Positions 24,231 through 39,010 of a DNA stretch of 64,000 nt are shown one piece after another (position 1 is the first letter of the stretch; every line of letters starts with the position of its first letter). Under the pieces are notes generated by a model, which saw only the letters and a program-made list of their open reading frames with translations, searched no databases and was not told the DNA's origin. The DNA is from Dimorphilus gyrociliatus (taxonomy: Eukaryota; Animalia; Annelida): NCBI GenBank assembly GCA_904063045.1, contig CAJFCJ010000018.1:124001-188000 (forward strand), in the 5' to 3' direction. A program made the translations under genes and the position numbers.

Positions 24231-25968
24231 AGTTAATGTCAGTTTGGTTAAGTATTTTAAAACAATAAAATTTTCAATTTTAAGATTCAAAAAAAAAAAT
24301 CAATTGTCTTTTTATTTTAACAACGAATAGGAACGGCAAGAAAAATTCACGAATTGAGACAAATTTCAGTTAAAAAAACATCTGTTTTTGCGCAGTAAGT
24401 GAATAAAAACAAGTTGTCAAGATTTTCCGTTAAATCAAGTTAGAACTTTCAAAGGGTATGATCATATTAATTTCACAAGGCACAAAAAGTGACAGATCAG
24501 AATTTTTCATCTATTGTAGCTTATTTAAATATTTCTTCTCAAAATAGTTCAGCGATGTATATAGCATAGGCGGATATAATATTTAAGCAACGAACACGAT
24601 AGTTAAAAGCCGATAAAATTATTTGACACTCACAACGTCAAAGCCGCGAAAGAAGAAAATTCGAATATTGTTGCAGTGATAAAAATGGAATAATTTGCAA
24701 AACCTACGTTATTGCAACGTTTCTTTAAAAAACATTGGTCTCAGTGCACCCCAGCAATAACGTATGTTTTTTTTTTTTTGTTTTTTTGACAAATAAACAT
24801 CTAGAAACAATGGCTAATATCGACTATCTACTGAGACTACATGATTCGAAATGAATATTTATACTAATATTACCCGCAATGATGTGACGATATTCTGTAT
24901 AGTCTGCATAGGATAGGGTAAAACTACTGCAAAAGGAAGCAGAGTGTCTTATTGTTAAATACATACAACATGTTTCTAAGAATATCTTCATGTTTTTTAC
25001 ATATAAATTACAAACCAACAAATGCAAACACCCAATATCCATCGACTAGCAAAATAACACCCAAATTTTACCTTTTCGAACTAGAAACTACTTTGCATCG
25101 TACAAACGTGTTCAAGTGTCTGCAGTAACAAGTTTTAACACTTTCCAGACCAATCCGTTCTCGAAACATGAAAAACCTGACATCTAAAAAAGAACTACCC
25201 AAATTATAAAAAAATTCATCTTCTATACTAAAACATCAAGTGGCTGAGTAATTGGGTGCGTTCTCTTTTTTTAAAGGAAAATGTAATAGATAAGGTATAA
25301 ATACGCTTCCCCAACTGTTCAGTCTTTTTCAGTTAAACGTCAAAAAATTAAGTAAAACAATTATGATTATTATAAAAAATTTTTTAAGGACGAACATTTT
25401 TTTCAAGCAATATTCTGAAGCGCATTAAAATACGTTACTTTGTGCCCCCCAAAGAACACACCCTTTTTTCAAGCTAAGACAAAAAACATTTTTCAGATAA
25501 AACTTACGAACGAACGTTAAATAAATAAATAAATAAATTAAACTTTTCAAGCATCCCAACGAGATCCTACCACAAATTTTACGAACAAGGTCTCGAGCAA
25601 AATGCAAAGCAAACTAAATCAGATGATTGTTTACCTGACGTGCATGACGAATAATCAATACTAGGCGACAATCAAGTTTTGTTATCGAAAAAATGCCTTT
25701 AATACACGACAGATATGTAAAAATGTATAAGTATGAGCATATTGCAGAGAAGAGGAAAAAAACATGGCATCAAACGTAAATCGTTCCGCAAAAATGGCAC
25801 TATTACAGTTAGCCAATAAAACCAACTGCAATATATCAAACTACAAACCGCAAAGCGATGAACACTAAACTAATTACCAACAATCTGCATGCTATAACCA
25901 CATTCGTTTTTACTTCAAGTGTTTTCACTTCAAGTTTCACTCTCTTAGCTGTCCTCACTTTTGACATC

Positions 25969-28583
25969 TTACTTGCAAAGGCAAGCTCTCTTCTCCGCTT
26001 CTCTCACAAATGCATTCAGTACGTTCAATGGTGATTTTATCTTCCTCGTATAAATTGGTTTCGGTAGATCTGTATGAGACATTTGCATCGAACTCCACAA
26101 AGCCTTTCTAGCCTTTTGAACAGAAGCTCTCAAGTCAGCAATGCTAGCCGATAAGGCGAGAACAACTGAAAAATTCAACAACTTTATCAAACAATAATAC
26201 TTAACAATAAATATGCGTTACCTTTACTAGACTTGCTTCGATCGATTTCAGCTCTCATGACGTGTCGATCTCGATTCATGGCGACTTCGTCCTTCCTTCT
26301 ATTGTGAACTTGGCAAATTGCCTCACGCCATTCTCGAACAGCCAAATGTAACGGCGAAGGTAAAGAATCACCTCTTAAACGTTCCATGTACTGCATAAGC
26401 GAACACACCCTCGCTTCTTCTTTAAAACTCTCAACTACCAATCTGTCGACCCGCGAAGGATTAGCAGCCAAACGTGGAATATTACTTGGGGTTTGATTAA
26501 ATCCTGAAATCTTTTTGCCAGGATTTTGTCTGGCTAGTTCCGCTTCGCTCTTCTTCCTTTCTTTTTCAATTAATTTGAACTGTTCGTAGCACTCCTCAAG
26601 ATTTTGATGAAGTTCGTTTGCAGGTCCACTCCTCTTGTGGAAAGGTCGGCTACCTGGATAGTGAGTTTGTGTTCCACTTGGATAAACCAAAGGTGCTAGA
26701 TTGTAAATGTTTTCATTTAGCAAAGCCTGTTCATAAACTTCTGGCTGATATATCTGCGGCCAGGGATTGAATATCTGAGGATGAAGTCTTGGAGGGAGAA
26801 ACAAAGGATTGTATCCACCAGTTTGTTGAAGCTGTTTAATTATATGCAAGTAACTAGCAAGTTCCTTCAATGACGCTCCTTCCTCACTCTTGATTTTCAT
26901 AGCATCGATCTGAGCCTGAAGACTGGATAATTCAGCTTGTTGAACAGAAGGCTGCTCAACTGTATCCGAACTTTGAGTACTATTTCCACTATTGTTCCTC
27001 TTCCTGGTCGGAGTTCCTGGAGCTGCTGGAAAATGGCTCTTTTTCTGAAGCCAATGAAGTTCATGAAATCTCGACGAATTCATTTGGGATCTTTCAAAAG
27101 ACGGGGCATCCGGATTCAAAACGCTCTTTTTCACCTCGTTCCATTCCCTGGTAGAAGCTGGTAAAAAACTTTCCGTAGTACCCGTTGATTCCAAAGAACT
27201 ATTGCCCATACCCGAATCCTGATCTACAGGGAAGAGTTCCCTGGCATACGGCTGTTTTTCAAATGGTCTGAAGACAGAGTCCTCCTCTTCGAAAGGTGCC
27301 CGAGTGTATTCGATATCCACTGGCTCGTCTCTGATTCTGCTTTTCTGTGGCTTGAAAGGTAGAGCCTCATCCAGACTCCTTGGGGTTGCTGGAAACCTTT
27401 TGCTTAACCCTGGGGCTGGACTGGGAGTCTGGAGCCAATTCTTTTCATCTATTCCAAGAGACCAGCCTCTTGGTTTTGCCGGACTACTGAAGAGGCTATA
27501 ACGATTATCCTCTCCGCCGAAAGCAGAATACGGCGCAACGTCAGCAGTTGGCCATTCATCTTTGCTTGACAAGCTGTCGGACTCATCAACGATACGTGAA
27601 ACTAAATCGTTGAGACCATTGCTTGATAAACTGCTGTTGCAAAGATTCTGTTCTGATTTCTCCCATGTTCCAGGGTCCTGCTGCAAAAAAAGAAAATAAT
27701 ATGTAGGACAAATAAGACAAAAATAGAAAAATGTAAACATGTTTTTTATATTTTAGACTTCGACTTTAATACAAGACGAAAACAAAACAGCCATTATTTA
27801 TTACGTACCTGCGGAGAATCATCGTAGAGAGATTCAGAAACAGGCCATCCTTCATTTGCAAAATCAGGTATATTCGGATTCATTTTCTGTAAGGATGAAT
27901 AGTAGACCTTAGAATGATTCGTCACAATTAACAGCCTAGCTGAAAGCCTATTGGCTATATTTCGCAATACCAAGTCACGTTTTTTTTGAAATATGGTTAC
28001 GAAACGAATAAGAAAATTACACATGTAACAATGAAATGCAGAATATAGAACATTACAATAATGATCAAAGTTACTGAACCCACGGTAATTCACATTTGAC
28101 CTAAACTGCCAAAAATCGAGAAATTATCCACTAAAGTAAACCATTATCATTCATATTTAAGAACTTTTGTGTATCAACCAAGGGAGTGGTAAATTTAATA
28201 CTAACAACAAAATAGAAACCACTCCTATCCTGAGTCACTTCCATCGTGGAAATAACAACGCGATACATGATTCATTTTGTACCTGGAATTATAACTTGTT
28301 TGGAAATCACGTGACATTGGTAAAATTTCCAGGCTGTGCTATAAGACGTTTAAGCCTATCTAAACAAAAGTACAGAAGGGAAGAATACTGCGCAGTTACG
28401 TATTTTTTACATTCGTAGATAATTTGCTATAGAAATGTTTTGCGACCTATCTCTCGAACTCTCTTAGGCCTAAACGAACCGAGTCAGCTGATTATAATAT
28501 TAAACACATCATAATAATTAGGATTAGCTCACCTGTCCTTTGTTACTGCAATGCGGAGTAATAAGTGACGATTGCAATGTCAT
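25969..28583 (-). CDS. MEIOC: Meiosis-specific coiled-coil domain protein MEIOC
   Basis: [45 protein letters not shown] and [16 protein letters not shown] match the MEIOC C-terminal domain. Start exon at 28583 is inferred. Confidence 0.88.
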
Positions 28584-30150
28584 ATTCTTCCTGAAAAGTA
28601 AGAAGGAAGTTTATTAAAAGCTACTTTCTTTACAGTGAGTTTTTTAAGACCTTCCCCTTGCCACCTCTACTAGTTGAGTTTCTTACGCTTACTAATACTT
28701 AAATTTCGGTAATAAGGAAATTTCATAATTATCACGTGATTGACGCCATTTTCACTTATGGGATATATCTTAATTAATAAGGACATTTGCTAAACACTAT
28801 TTCATTTTCATAATTGTGAAAAAAGACATAAGAGAAGTAGTGTTAAAAGGGAATTTCCAATAAGCATTAGGTCTGGCCACAAGTCACTGTGTCACATGAC
28901 AAGAACAAAAACACACACAAGCGATATTGATATACTTTCACTCTGATAAATAACAACATAGAAATTAAAACACCCCCTCTTCCTTCTCGTATAAGGAGCT
29001 TCCAGTTTAATATGAGTCATAAATACATGATTAGACCACACCTCTTACGCGTTACTACGAACAATCCCTGATAATAAACAGAAGAAAGAACGATACAGCA
29101 CCACATTACGTAACAACTAGCTACGTAACAAAAATTACGCAGTTTTATTAGAGAAAAATCTCTTAATTACCTGCTCGTCGCCAGCGGCTTTGCCAAACTG
29201 TCACTTTCTTAAATTTTGATTTACTCAAACGATTATTTTACTCAACACCTATAATTTGCTCAAAATGAGTACAAGGATGGTTAACTTGGTATCGTACAAA
29301 CAAATACAAACATGGCAACAAAACATTTCCAAATCGATCGATTGCGCAATACTGCGCACTATTTAGACCCATCGTCATAATTTTATAGCTAAAATTGTTA
29401 TGTTGAGCCATACTCGAATGCTTGGCTCTTGCATAACATTTACTCACCCACACAAAAATCAGATGACATCAACGATCAAAGACATAGTATGGAAAATATG
29501 ACGAAAACACATTACCACAATATTATACAACACGTTAGTAAAGTACTTACTCGAAAAAATTATATTTTACATTGATATTTAACAAGAAATTCAAGGAAAA
29601 CAGGAATTGATTGCGCCATCCTTCTCATTGGCTCATTTTTGTTTTGGTCAGCTGCGCACCGTATTACGTCATCAACTCACCTTCTTTAAGTCTAAAATAT
29701 TCCAGATTATTTAGTTATTTTTTGTCAGCATCTGATCATATAGTCTTAAATGTTGTTTAAATTTATTTTTAAGAAAAGTTTAACGGTTATCGCCATAAAT
29801 CTTAGAGAAAACTGCAGAAGAGTAATATTCATGCTACTTTGGCGACACCTACAAATAAATACAGCACCATAGGTCATTGGGTACTCTAATCAGCATTTTC
29901 GTCCTGATTTCCGTACGGATCGTCATGTTTTCGTCTTACGTATCTTAAACCAGAATATAAACAAGTCTTATATAGTAAAAAAACTCTCATCTAGGCACAT
30001 CGTAAGCAATTTAATGACAAGGAAAATTCTTCCAGTAAAATAAACATGTACATTTAAGCAAATCTATGAAACAAACAAAAACAGATATGCATATTTTAGG
30101 AAAAATGAAATAAAAAATTGATTATGTTAATGTTTTTGCATACATCTTCG

Positions 30151-33100
30151 TTAATAGACCAGTTTCACGTAATTCGATGGCAGCATGCCCTTCTGACCAC
30201 TCTTCTCCACAGTTCCAGTCCACCAACCCTAAATGAAAGACATAATTATGTTTTTCCTTAGAATAATATTATATTTTAGAATGAGGAAGTCTTTTCATCG
30301 TGTTGACCGGAACAACATGTTTCACAACATTATTATAATCTATAACATTTATTGAATTTTCATGAAAAGAGCTTTATCAATGAAAAACAAACGTCATCTG
30401 TGACGCAATCTGTTGGGATGGATATTATAAAGCGGGATACGGTTGAAATAAATTTTTGTAAACAACAACATCTTATCATTTGTTTTTAAATTGCATAATA
30501 GAGCTATTTATAGGTTTTCCTAATAAATTTGTTTTTAAATTTAGCCCTTTACACTTTGAACTCCAAAAGATTAGGAAATTATTTATATTTGGATAATTAA
30601 GGGGGCTCTTACAGAATTTCATCACTTGGAATATCCTTATTATATAAAATTAGTTGAGAATGGAAATAGCTTCGCTCAAATTTTATTTACCTGATCGACT
30701 TTTTGGCAGTCTACTATGTAGTCGTCCTCTTTAAAACTAACTTCATCATCATCCTGGGCATCATAGTCGTATAGTGCTTGAAATCGGTACTATAAATATA
30801 ATTTCTTATTTAGTCAAAAAATATTAAAGCATTTCAGAGCTACCAACCGACGATATTTCCACATCCATAGTATCAAGAAAGTCTACAAAGCATTTAAATT
30901 AGAAAACTAAGTTAATTAAATTTTCGGTATTAATATCTTAGTAGCATGCCAGATGGTTACTACCTGCTGGCTTATCAAGAAATTCAGGATTAATTTGAGG
31001 CTGTGTTGGTGGAAGTGGTTGTTGCAAGTTAAGCTCCAGAGATCCTCCAACGTTCATGGTTGCACGAGGTTCTGAATGATTCTTCTCCATTCCAGGTAGC
31101 CGAGTCGGATTACTCTGATAAGAGCCGTGGTAATTGCCATGTTGAGGTTGTTGATGTACTGCATTAGGTTGGTTGTTAGTAATACTCTCAAACCACAAAA
31201 TTTATAATTTAATTTAGTATTAATAATTAATCCATAACAACAAAACTAATAAATTTCTCATAAAAACCATATTTTCGAGAAGTGAGCGAATTTCCTTTTT
31301 ACAATTATTATTTCTTTCGATTTTAAACAAACATAGGCCTAAGATTTCAAGAAAAAGAATGTCAGTTCTAGAGAATTAGCTGCACCTTCCCATTTTTTAC
31401 TCACTTGTCCTATATAGGATATTACATAAGTACAGGCATGATTCTAAACTGAATTGAGGACAAGGTTAGAGCTTTTAATAAACAAGCAGTAGCTTTGTCA
31501 ACATCTCTTTATTATTTTTGGCTTATATCTTACATAACTTTTATTTAATGGAAGTAATAATATTTTATTTGCTTTTTAATGTAAATAGTTATATTGCGTA
31601 ATAGTAAATTTTTCAAAACTATGCAAAGAAAAATTCTTAACTTCCCATACGTAATAAAAAAGAACACTTCGCCACCTCTCGGATAATAAAAGAACCTACC
31701 AGCACTTGGAGCAGGAACAGTTTCTTGCCATTCTTGAGCGCCGTATCTATCAGGAGTATATTCGGATATTCTTCCTATATTCCTAGCTTCAGGAGCTGCG
31801 TAGCTGAATCCGCCTAAAATATAAAAGAAAGGTTTAATCATAATTTCAAATTATAATTTGCGATGGCAAAAGCAAATAGTTTTTATTCAAATGATTAAAT
31901 GAAAGAGATGAAAGTTAAGCTGAAGCGACATTTTACCAATGCCTGGTATCGATGGTCTTTCAGGTGGTTCCTCGTCATCTGATCCTAAACTTCCCTGGCG
32001 AACTATTGTAAAAATTCCCCCAAGTGTTTTAAAATGATCGAAGTAACCGTAAACATTACATGCCACTAATTCTTAGAAATAATATTACCTGTTTGAGGGA
32101 CGAGATTTCTTGCACTTTCTTGAATTTCACGTTGGCCCTTAACTCCTCTGTATTCAGCCTTTATACAAAATTTATTACTATATAGGTAAATATGTTGTCA
32201 AGAACGGTTCATACCTGACTAATATTAGCCGTATTTTGCCTTATTCTCCTTAACTCTGGACCGTCTGACACAGCTATCATCCTTCCTTTTAATTGTTCTC
32301 TGTCAGCACCATATTTTATCTTGAAAATACAAACTAATTAATACAAGTCATCGTTTTCAAACTTTATTTCTTACCTGGCTGAATTTGTTTGTGTTCTCCA
32401 TGTTTCTTCTCATTTCTGGATCATCGGAGACGACAGTAAACTTCTTTTTATTCTCTTCAAAATCCTTGTGATACACAATCTATAAAAGCCAATTTTAAAA
32501 TGTATAAAATATCCATGAAAGTAAATGAAAACAACATAACTAATAAATCATTAAACAATCATGGTTATGTGAAAAAATATGATTAAAAGCATATTGTGAT
32601 TTTAGTAAGTTAATTTTGGGTGTAAATTGGTTCTATGAATAGAACAATAAATCCTATTTTATTCCTCCAAAGTTATCACCTAAATAATAACTAAATAAAG
32701 ATTTCATACGTTGAGTTAATTTACATATACACTGGTAGTATATGCAAATATTATTTTAATTAATACGAATAGTCCAAAATTATAGATTAAAAGAGTAAAA
32801 AGATTTTAATTAACTAAACTTTTTATAAGTTTTTTTTAAATCAAACAGCTTCTGTGCAAGGACATACAAATATTTACCACGATATTGGAAGTTTTTTGTA
32901 GATATACTCAAAATGGGTCTTAAATATTACCTAGGACCAATTCTCAAGGTTAATTTAATAAACTAACATCTACCGATTAACCTCTTCTCCTATTTCAATA
33001 TTTTGAGGCTATCAATAGAAATCGTGTCTACATTGACGTGACTAATCAGGAAGCTGTTTATGAACTTATATAGTATGAAATAAATTCTTGTAAAAATTTG

Positions 33101-33854
33101 GTAGTACTATTCATGCTCATTCATCCTAAAATTTCGCTTCAGCGCTCAAATTATAAAAAGCTCTAGAAGCTTGTTCAGACTAACAGAGGTATGGTTATTT
33201 AGGTAAATTAGACACAAATTATCAAAATAATACACTTAATAACCATATTAACATATTAACTGTGGGACTGTTAAAATAGTAAATGATAACTCGTTAATAA
33301 ATAGTAAAATTATGAAACATTTTCAACCGACCAAGCTCTGATTTCTTGTATTTTCAGCAAGACGTCTCTGTTCTGGTGTGTCAGCAACCTGGGTTGCCCT
33401 CAAGGAAGGATAATGTCTGTGTAAAATAACAAAGAATCAGTCTAATCCCATGTAATGAGCCATTCAGTTAATAAATAATGATTATTGGGCAATCATACGT
33501 ATTTAAATTAAAACAATATGAACTTACGCGTTACAATAGGGCATTTTATTGAATCCCTTGTAGTTCTTCATATTTAGCGTCATGTTGCATTCTTGACACT
33601 TGAAGCAACCTTTGTGCCATATCTACCGAAAAAAGTGGTAAAATTTGTTATCAATATTACCTATCGTTAAATTTTCACACCCACTGACTGGGTGTGGCAG
33701 TATTGTACAAAAGGTTTCATATTTCTCTTTTACACTAATTAAGAAAACATAATCCTTAGATAACAGAATGGAAGACAACGATTGATACCTTGTCGAGGCA
33801 TTTCAGTTCCTCCGTTGGATATACGGTTTTGTTGCACTTTCCACACTGCTTCAT
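30151..33854 (-). CDS. LASP1: LIM, nebulin-repeat and SH3 protein (LASP)
   Basis: [22 protein letters not shown]|[12 protein letters not shown] domain, ADTPE/SDDPE nebulin repeats, and SH3 [40 protein letters not shown], spread over small exons. Confidence 0.92.
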
Positions 33855-34415
33855 CCGAGCTTTTTGAGTGATCGGAGATTGGATTTATTAAAATCGTTCT
33901 TCCTCTGAACAGTATCGACTATATTTACAGTATTGTTTAACCGGTAAATTTATAACGTCCCCGAGACTTGACACAATTTTTCCTCCGAACTAAGGTTTTG
34001 TAAGCTAATTGCTGATTGGATATGAAGTCATGTGACTTGGCGATAAATACGCCCTCTATTGTATGAAAATTCGTGATATTCAATTAATTGCTATATTCTA
34101 TAAATTCGTCCAAGTAAGACACAAAAAAGATATTTCAATCTATGGTTGACCGTCAAATTGACTGTATGCTTAAGTCTTTTTTCTGACTCTAAGGTGGAAA
34201 GTTAGTTTGAATTCTGAAATTCTGATCATAAATTTATAAAAGTTTATTTATTAAATATTCATAATGCTTACAGTGGTATTAGTTACTGTACGTTAGTAAG
34301 TCATTTTAAATAGTGCTTTTTTATATACACCAGAAGTGAAAAAAATCTCATTCTCATAACTAAATTTCGAAGACACCAACAAAAATATAACAAAAGACTA
34401 GAATTCTTTTTTCTT

Positions 34416-36419
34416 TTATAAGGCATCCAGACCAACTGGTAAGGATCCAATATCGGTTTTTGAATTACCAGGAGAGGTAGCAATCAGGAGACAGGCCGTA
34501 ACGAGCTGGGCGACCGTTTGCATTAACAACTTTACTCTTGTGACAACTTGGTCAACTTTATTAAATGTTGCTGCCTTTCCGCAACTTGGTGTACACAATG
34601 CTGATTGCAATTTACAGCAAGCACCTTCTAAACGCTCTATTCTTACCGCAATTTCTCCTCTGACCACCGTAAGATTTCGAACCTCGTTTGCTAACGTTTC
34701 GCCATCAGACGCCAACTGTGTAGCATGTTCAAAGAGTTCGTTAGTTGTCCTAAGAGGTCCTTCTCCTCTAGTAAAGAGATAAACTGAGAAAGCTGCAGCC
34801 GACATTGTTTTTGCTCGATGTACAATTTGTCTCGACTCCTGATTGATTGATGAAGATTCCCCACCTGCCGTCACTTCGTCGACAACTCGAGCGGCAGCTT
34901 GGAGTTCATGCCCTGCATAGACAACCGGTACAATTTCTTTTAACAGAGCCATAACTTGTTCTACAATAGCTTTCCAAGAAGAGACACAAGCATCAAATGA
35001 ATCTATGGCCATCTGGGAGTCTTGATGTCTGGCTAGGGTACTTGCACAGGAAGACATTAAGGGAGCTAATGATCGTATATAATTTATTGTATGTTCAATG
35101 GACACAAGATGGCTTTGGGCACTGGATACATGTCGAATGAGAGTACAAGCGTCGACTATTTGCTCGCAACTTTCTGTTATCTTTGTCGACACTTCATCTG
35201 CTCGACTGGCACTGGCAGCAATCGCATTCGTTACGTCTGCTATTATTTCAGATTTTGTAAGGTCAACAACGTGATTTCTTGCAATAGATTCCAGTTGAGA
35301 ACGTAGGGCACTGGTTGTGTTCCTTAATCTATTTTTATCCTCCTCATTACAACACAAATGAGTTAAAGCCAAAACCCTTTCGCGTTCATCGTGATTAGTA
35401 TATGGACTATCAGTGAAATCATGCGTTGTTTCACATAAAGTATCCAGTAATTCACTCAAAGGCGCATTTTCATCTAATGCTCGTTCTAATTGAACGATTG
35501 CATGATGTGCAGTGTCAACATGAGGAATTGTTGGTATGTGTCCTCCCAATAGCTTTTCTAGTGACGATAAAGCGGCAGACATCATATCTATTACTTGAGA
35601 TCTTGCTGTCAAAGAGGATGATGTTTGTGGATGCCTCAAAGCCGATCGACAAGTTGCATGAAGGAGTGACGTAGATCGTTCCAAAATAGACCGATGAGAA
35701 GCAAGATGAGCTCGAATAACATCATCTTTAGCATCATTTTGACGTTCTCCTGTTGTTCTTCCAACTTGTACTAAAGCTGCACCCAATTCACTGAACTCAT
35801 GAACAAACTTGCTTAAATCTGAAGCGTTTTGAATTTGCGCCAAAACAGTATTCACTCGCTTCACACTTTCCGCGGCTTGGCTAGCATGCACTCTATCAGC
35901 TAATAATAGCATCCTCGTGACGGCTGATAGAAGTTTCCTTGCTCCCTGTGCCAAATCCTCATTTTCGGGTTCTTGGGATGAGACCTAAAACAACAAGAAA
36001 CCGTTGATCTTTCAAGGCACAAATTAGTTTTCAAACTCACTCCATTCTGTATTGATAATGCCGCTTCTCTTGCTTCTGTACAAGCATTAGTCATATCATC
36101 AAAGACTTCAGGATTTGTTAAACCCAATTCTTCTCCAACAGTTACAAATCTCTCAACCGCTTGATAGACAGCATTTCCCCCTCTTTCCAAAGCCTTTTGT
36201 CTTGTAGTTTTACTGCCCGATCTTTTCGATGGTGAGGTAGCTTCCGAAATTAAATTAGTGATCTACAGTGGAGCAAGTACAAAGCATATGTTATTGCAAA
36301 ATATGCCATTAATCAGAAGAAGAATATAACAATTTCACCTGAGTCACAAGAGGTTCCAGAGTCTGTTCGACAGATTTCGATCTTATTTCAATGGATAAGC
36401 TACTGTCTGGTGCATCCAT
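34416..36419 (-). CDS. CTNNAL1: Alpha-catulin (vinculin/alpha-catenin family)
   Basis: IRSKSVEQTLEPLVTQ|IT, AVERFVTVGE, ARKLLSAVTRMLLLAD and GEGPLRTT motifs. Only two introns. Confidence 0.88.
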
Positions 36420-36515
36420 ATTCACTTATATTAATTAATATTTAGAGGTCAAGGTCTTTATTCTATTTCCGATTCTTTTATCTAGGCAACAGTGACTACT
36501 GACTAGAAAGTCAAA

Positions 36516-36547
36516 AAGATGGCGCTCCAAGGTTTCCGCTTCCTTTT
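36516..36547 (+). promoter_or_regulatory. RPL23 core promoter: YY1-like AAGATGGCG and TCT/TOP pyrimidine tract, shared divergently with alpha-catulin
   Basis: AAGATGGCG at 36516-36524 and CTTCCTTTT at 36539-36547, just before ATG 36562. Confidence 0.55.
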
Positions 36548-36561
36548 ACACACCGATCAAC

Positions 36562-37187
36562 ATGTCGAAAAGAGGTATACTTCAACCAAGCTATCAAAAT
36601 CTAATATTATCTCACTAAATATTTAAAATAACCTATAAAAATTTACCGTGAAGATAAATGATTATTTGATCTGTCTAATGAGATTAACAAACGTCTTTTA
36701 TAGGTCGCGGAGGTTCTTCTGGAGGAAAATTTCGTATGTCACTGGCTCTGCCAGTAGGCGCTGTTATGAATTGTGCCGACAATACAGGTAAAGTATTTGT
36801 TTGTCTATTTTAACATAATACATCTTGTTAACAATACATAAGTTTTATAATTTGTCTGCAGGTGCAAAAAATTTGTACATAATAGCTGTAAAAGGAATTG
36901 GAGGACGTCTTAATCGTCTACCAGCAGCCGCCAGCGGTGATCTTGTAATGGCAACAGTGAAGAAAGGAAAGCCAGAATTACGAAAGAAAGTAATGCCGGT
37001 TGTAGTTGTTCGTCAAAGGAAAGCTTATCGACGAAAGGATGGAACCTTCATATACTTCGAAGATAACGCAGGAGTAATCGTAAACAATAAAGGAGAAATG
37101 AAAGGATCCGCAATTTCTGGACCTGTCGCTAAAGAATGCGCTGATTTGTGGCCAAGAATTGCGTCGAATGCCAGTTCTATCGCATAG
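36562..37187 (+). CDS. RPL23: 60S ribosomal protein L23 (uL14)
   Basis: [37 protein letters not shown]...[12 protein letters not shown], three exons. Confidence 0.97.
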
Positions 37188-37495
37188 ACTGACCATACTC
37201 TTGTTTATGAAAGATAATAAATTGGAAAAAATTAATGAGAAAGTTTGTCCGATTTTTTTATTACGAAAGCTATCCCGTAAAAATCAGCTACTAATCGTTA
37301 GCACACTTTGCATAAATAACGTGAACCGGTTAAAATTTCACAATTGGAAAATTCACTGATCAAACTAAAAAGGCATTACTGCGTAATAAAAAATAACGAG
37401 ACAAGCACCTTTTAATTGAGATGTTGACAACTGGAATGAAAAGGAAACACTGCAGTTGTTTTCTCTCTTAACAAATTTCAAATTTTTCTGCATTT

Positions 37496-39010
37496 TTAAT
37501 TAAATTCTATCTGTAAATCTCCATTCTGAAGATTTGTTTTCTTTCTAAGCATTGCTTTCTTGGCTTCCAACAACTGTCGTCGACGTTCAATATCTCTAGC
37601 TGAGTCGATTGATTTTTTCCTTGCATTTTTCGTTGTAGTACCGTCCTTTATTATGTTTTTCCTTGGGGTAGGGGCAGAACTTGGAGGTTTTATAGAGTTT
37701 GTTGGCTTCAAGGAACTGTTATTCAATGCTTCCAAACGCCAATTATTTTTTCTTAATTTTTCTACTTCGTCGAACAATGAATCAACATCGGCAATCTAAA
37801 ATTAAGAGCAAAGTGTTAAAATGACATTTGCTTGGAGATTAATCACTTTTTGATGTAAGAGAATTTAGCAACTATTTAATATGCTTTGGATTGAATAAGC
37901 TAATTGGCATTCAATTCACGAGTTAGGCCTTAGTAAACAACACAAGAATTTTTTTGTTCTCTGTGGTTGTAAAGGCGCATTCTTAACACGTTTTCTCCTG
38001 CGAATTAGTCTATTTATATCCTACATATTGTTTTATATATCATGCTCTAGTGTCAATAGTCATCTCAAGAATTACCTGTATAGAAATCAGATCCCAAAAA
38101 CCTGCCAAGTCTTGATTTGTTGTAGCAAATTTAACATTATCACCTTGAGTCTTAAAGAGAAAATGTTTCAATTAAAAGTTACACAATGTAGAGGAATGTA
38201 TCTACCATGTTTTTCCTGCACAAATCAGCAAACTGTTTAAATTTTTTGGTAGTCAACAATCTAGCTTTACCCACAACCGATCGTAGTTTACCTTTAACTA
38301 TAGGAAAAAAAAATAGTCTCAAGCGAAATGACTTAATTTAATCAAACTAACTCTCTTCGGATAAAGATTGACTAGATAAATCCATTTCGGCTTGCGACAT
38401 CAGGGCATTAATTCGATTATTTTCCTTCTCTAAAACTTCCTCAAAATAACGGCCATCTTTCTCCGGCGTTGAAGGTATTTGCGCTTCATTCCCGTTGATG
38501 ACCACATTTGAAGGAAAATTGTTGCGAAAATTGGAAGATTCCACATCCTCTTTACTTCTGTAATTGTCATATCCGCTCACTGCACAACTAAGTTTTACAT
38601 ATGAAGGTGTATCTTTCACGACATCATTCGAAAGTTCATCATGACTAATTAGTGTTCTCTTCGACGCTGTAAGTGACGTGTGTGATGTTCTAGAAGTTTG
38701 GGGTGGTTCAACGCCTGAAAAAAACAATAATAGTTACTTCAAAATAACTTGACATTGTTGCCAAAGCAATATATATATATATATATATATATATTTCAAT
38801 ATATATAAATTCCTATTGATCAACAGTTCTTTATATTATGAGAGATCTTCATAATAGCTTGAGCATACACAAAGGATTATGGAAAGCTAAATTTTAACTG
38901 TGATTAAAAGTTAAAGTAATTTTAATACCATTCTGTAAAGCTATTTCCGTAAACTTTGCGATAAGAAATTGAACTCTTCCCTTTCCTCTCCTGTCATCAG
39001 ATTCCTTCAT
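37496..39010 (-). CDS. Short GKAP/SAPAP-domain protein (DLGAP family)
   Basis: GKLRSVVGKARLLTTKKFKQFADLC, QDLAGFWDLISIQ and RRRQLLEAKKAM motifs. Start exon MKESDDRRGKG at 39010. Confidence 0.82.
38769..38794. repeat. (AT)13 microsatellite in a DLGAP intron
   Basis: Perfect dinucleotide run. Confidence 0.9.

Noticed and set aside
36575-36703. Possible snoRNA in RPL23 intron 1
   Set aside because: No paired C/D boxes (no CTGA) and no H/ACA architecture visible.
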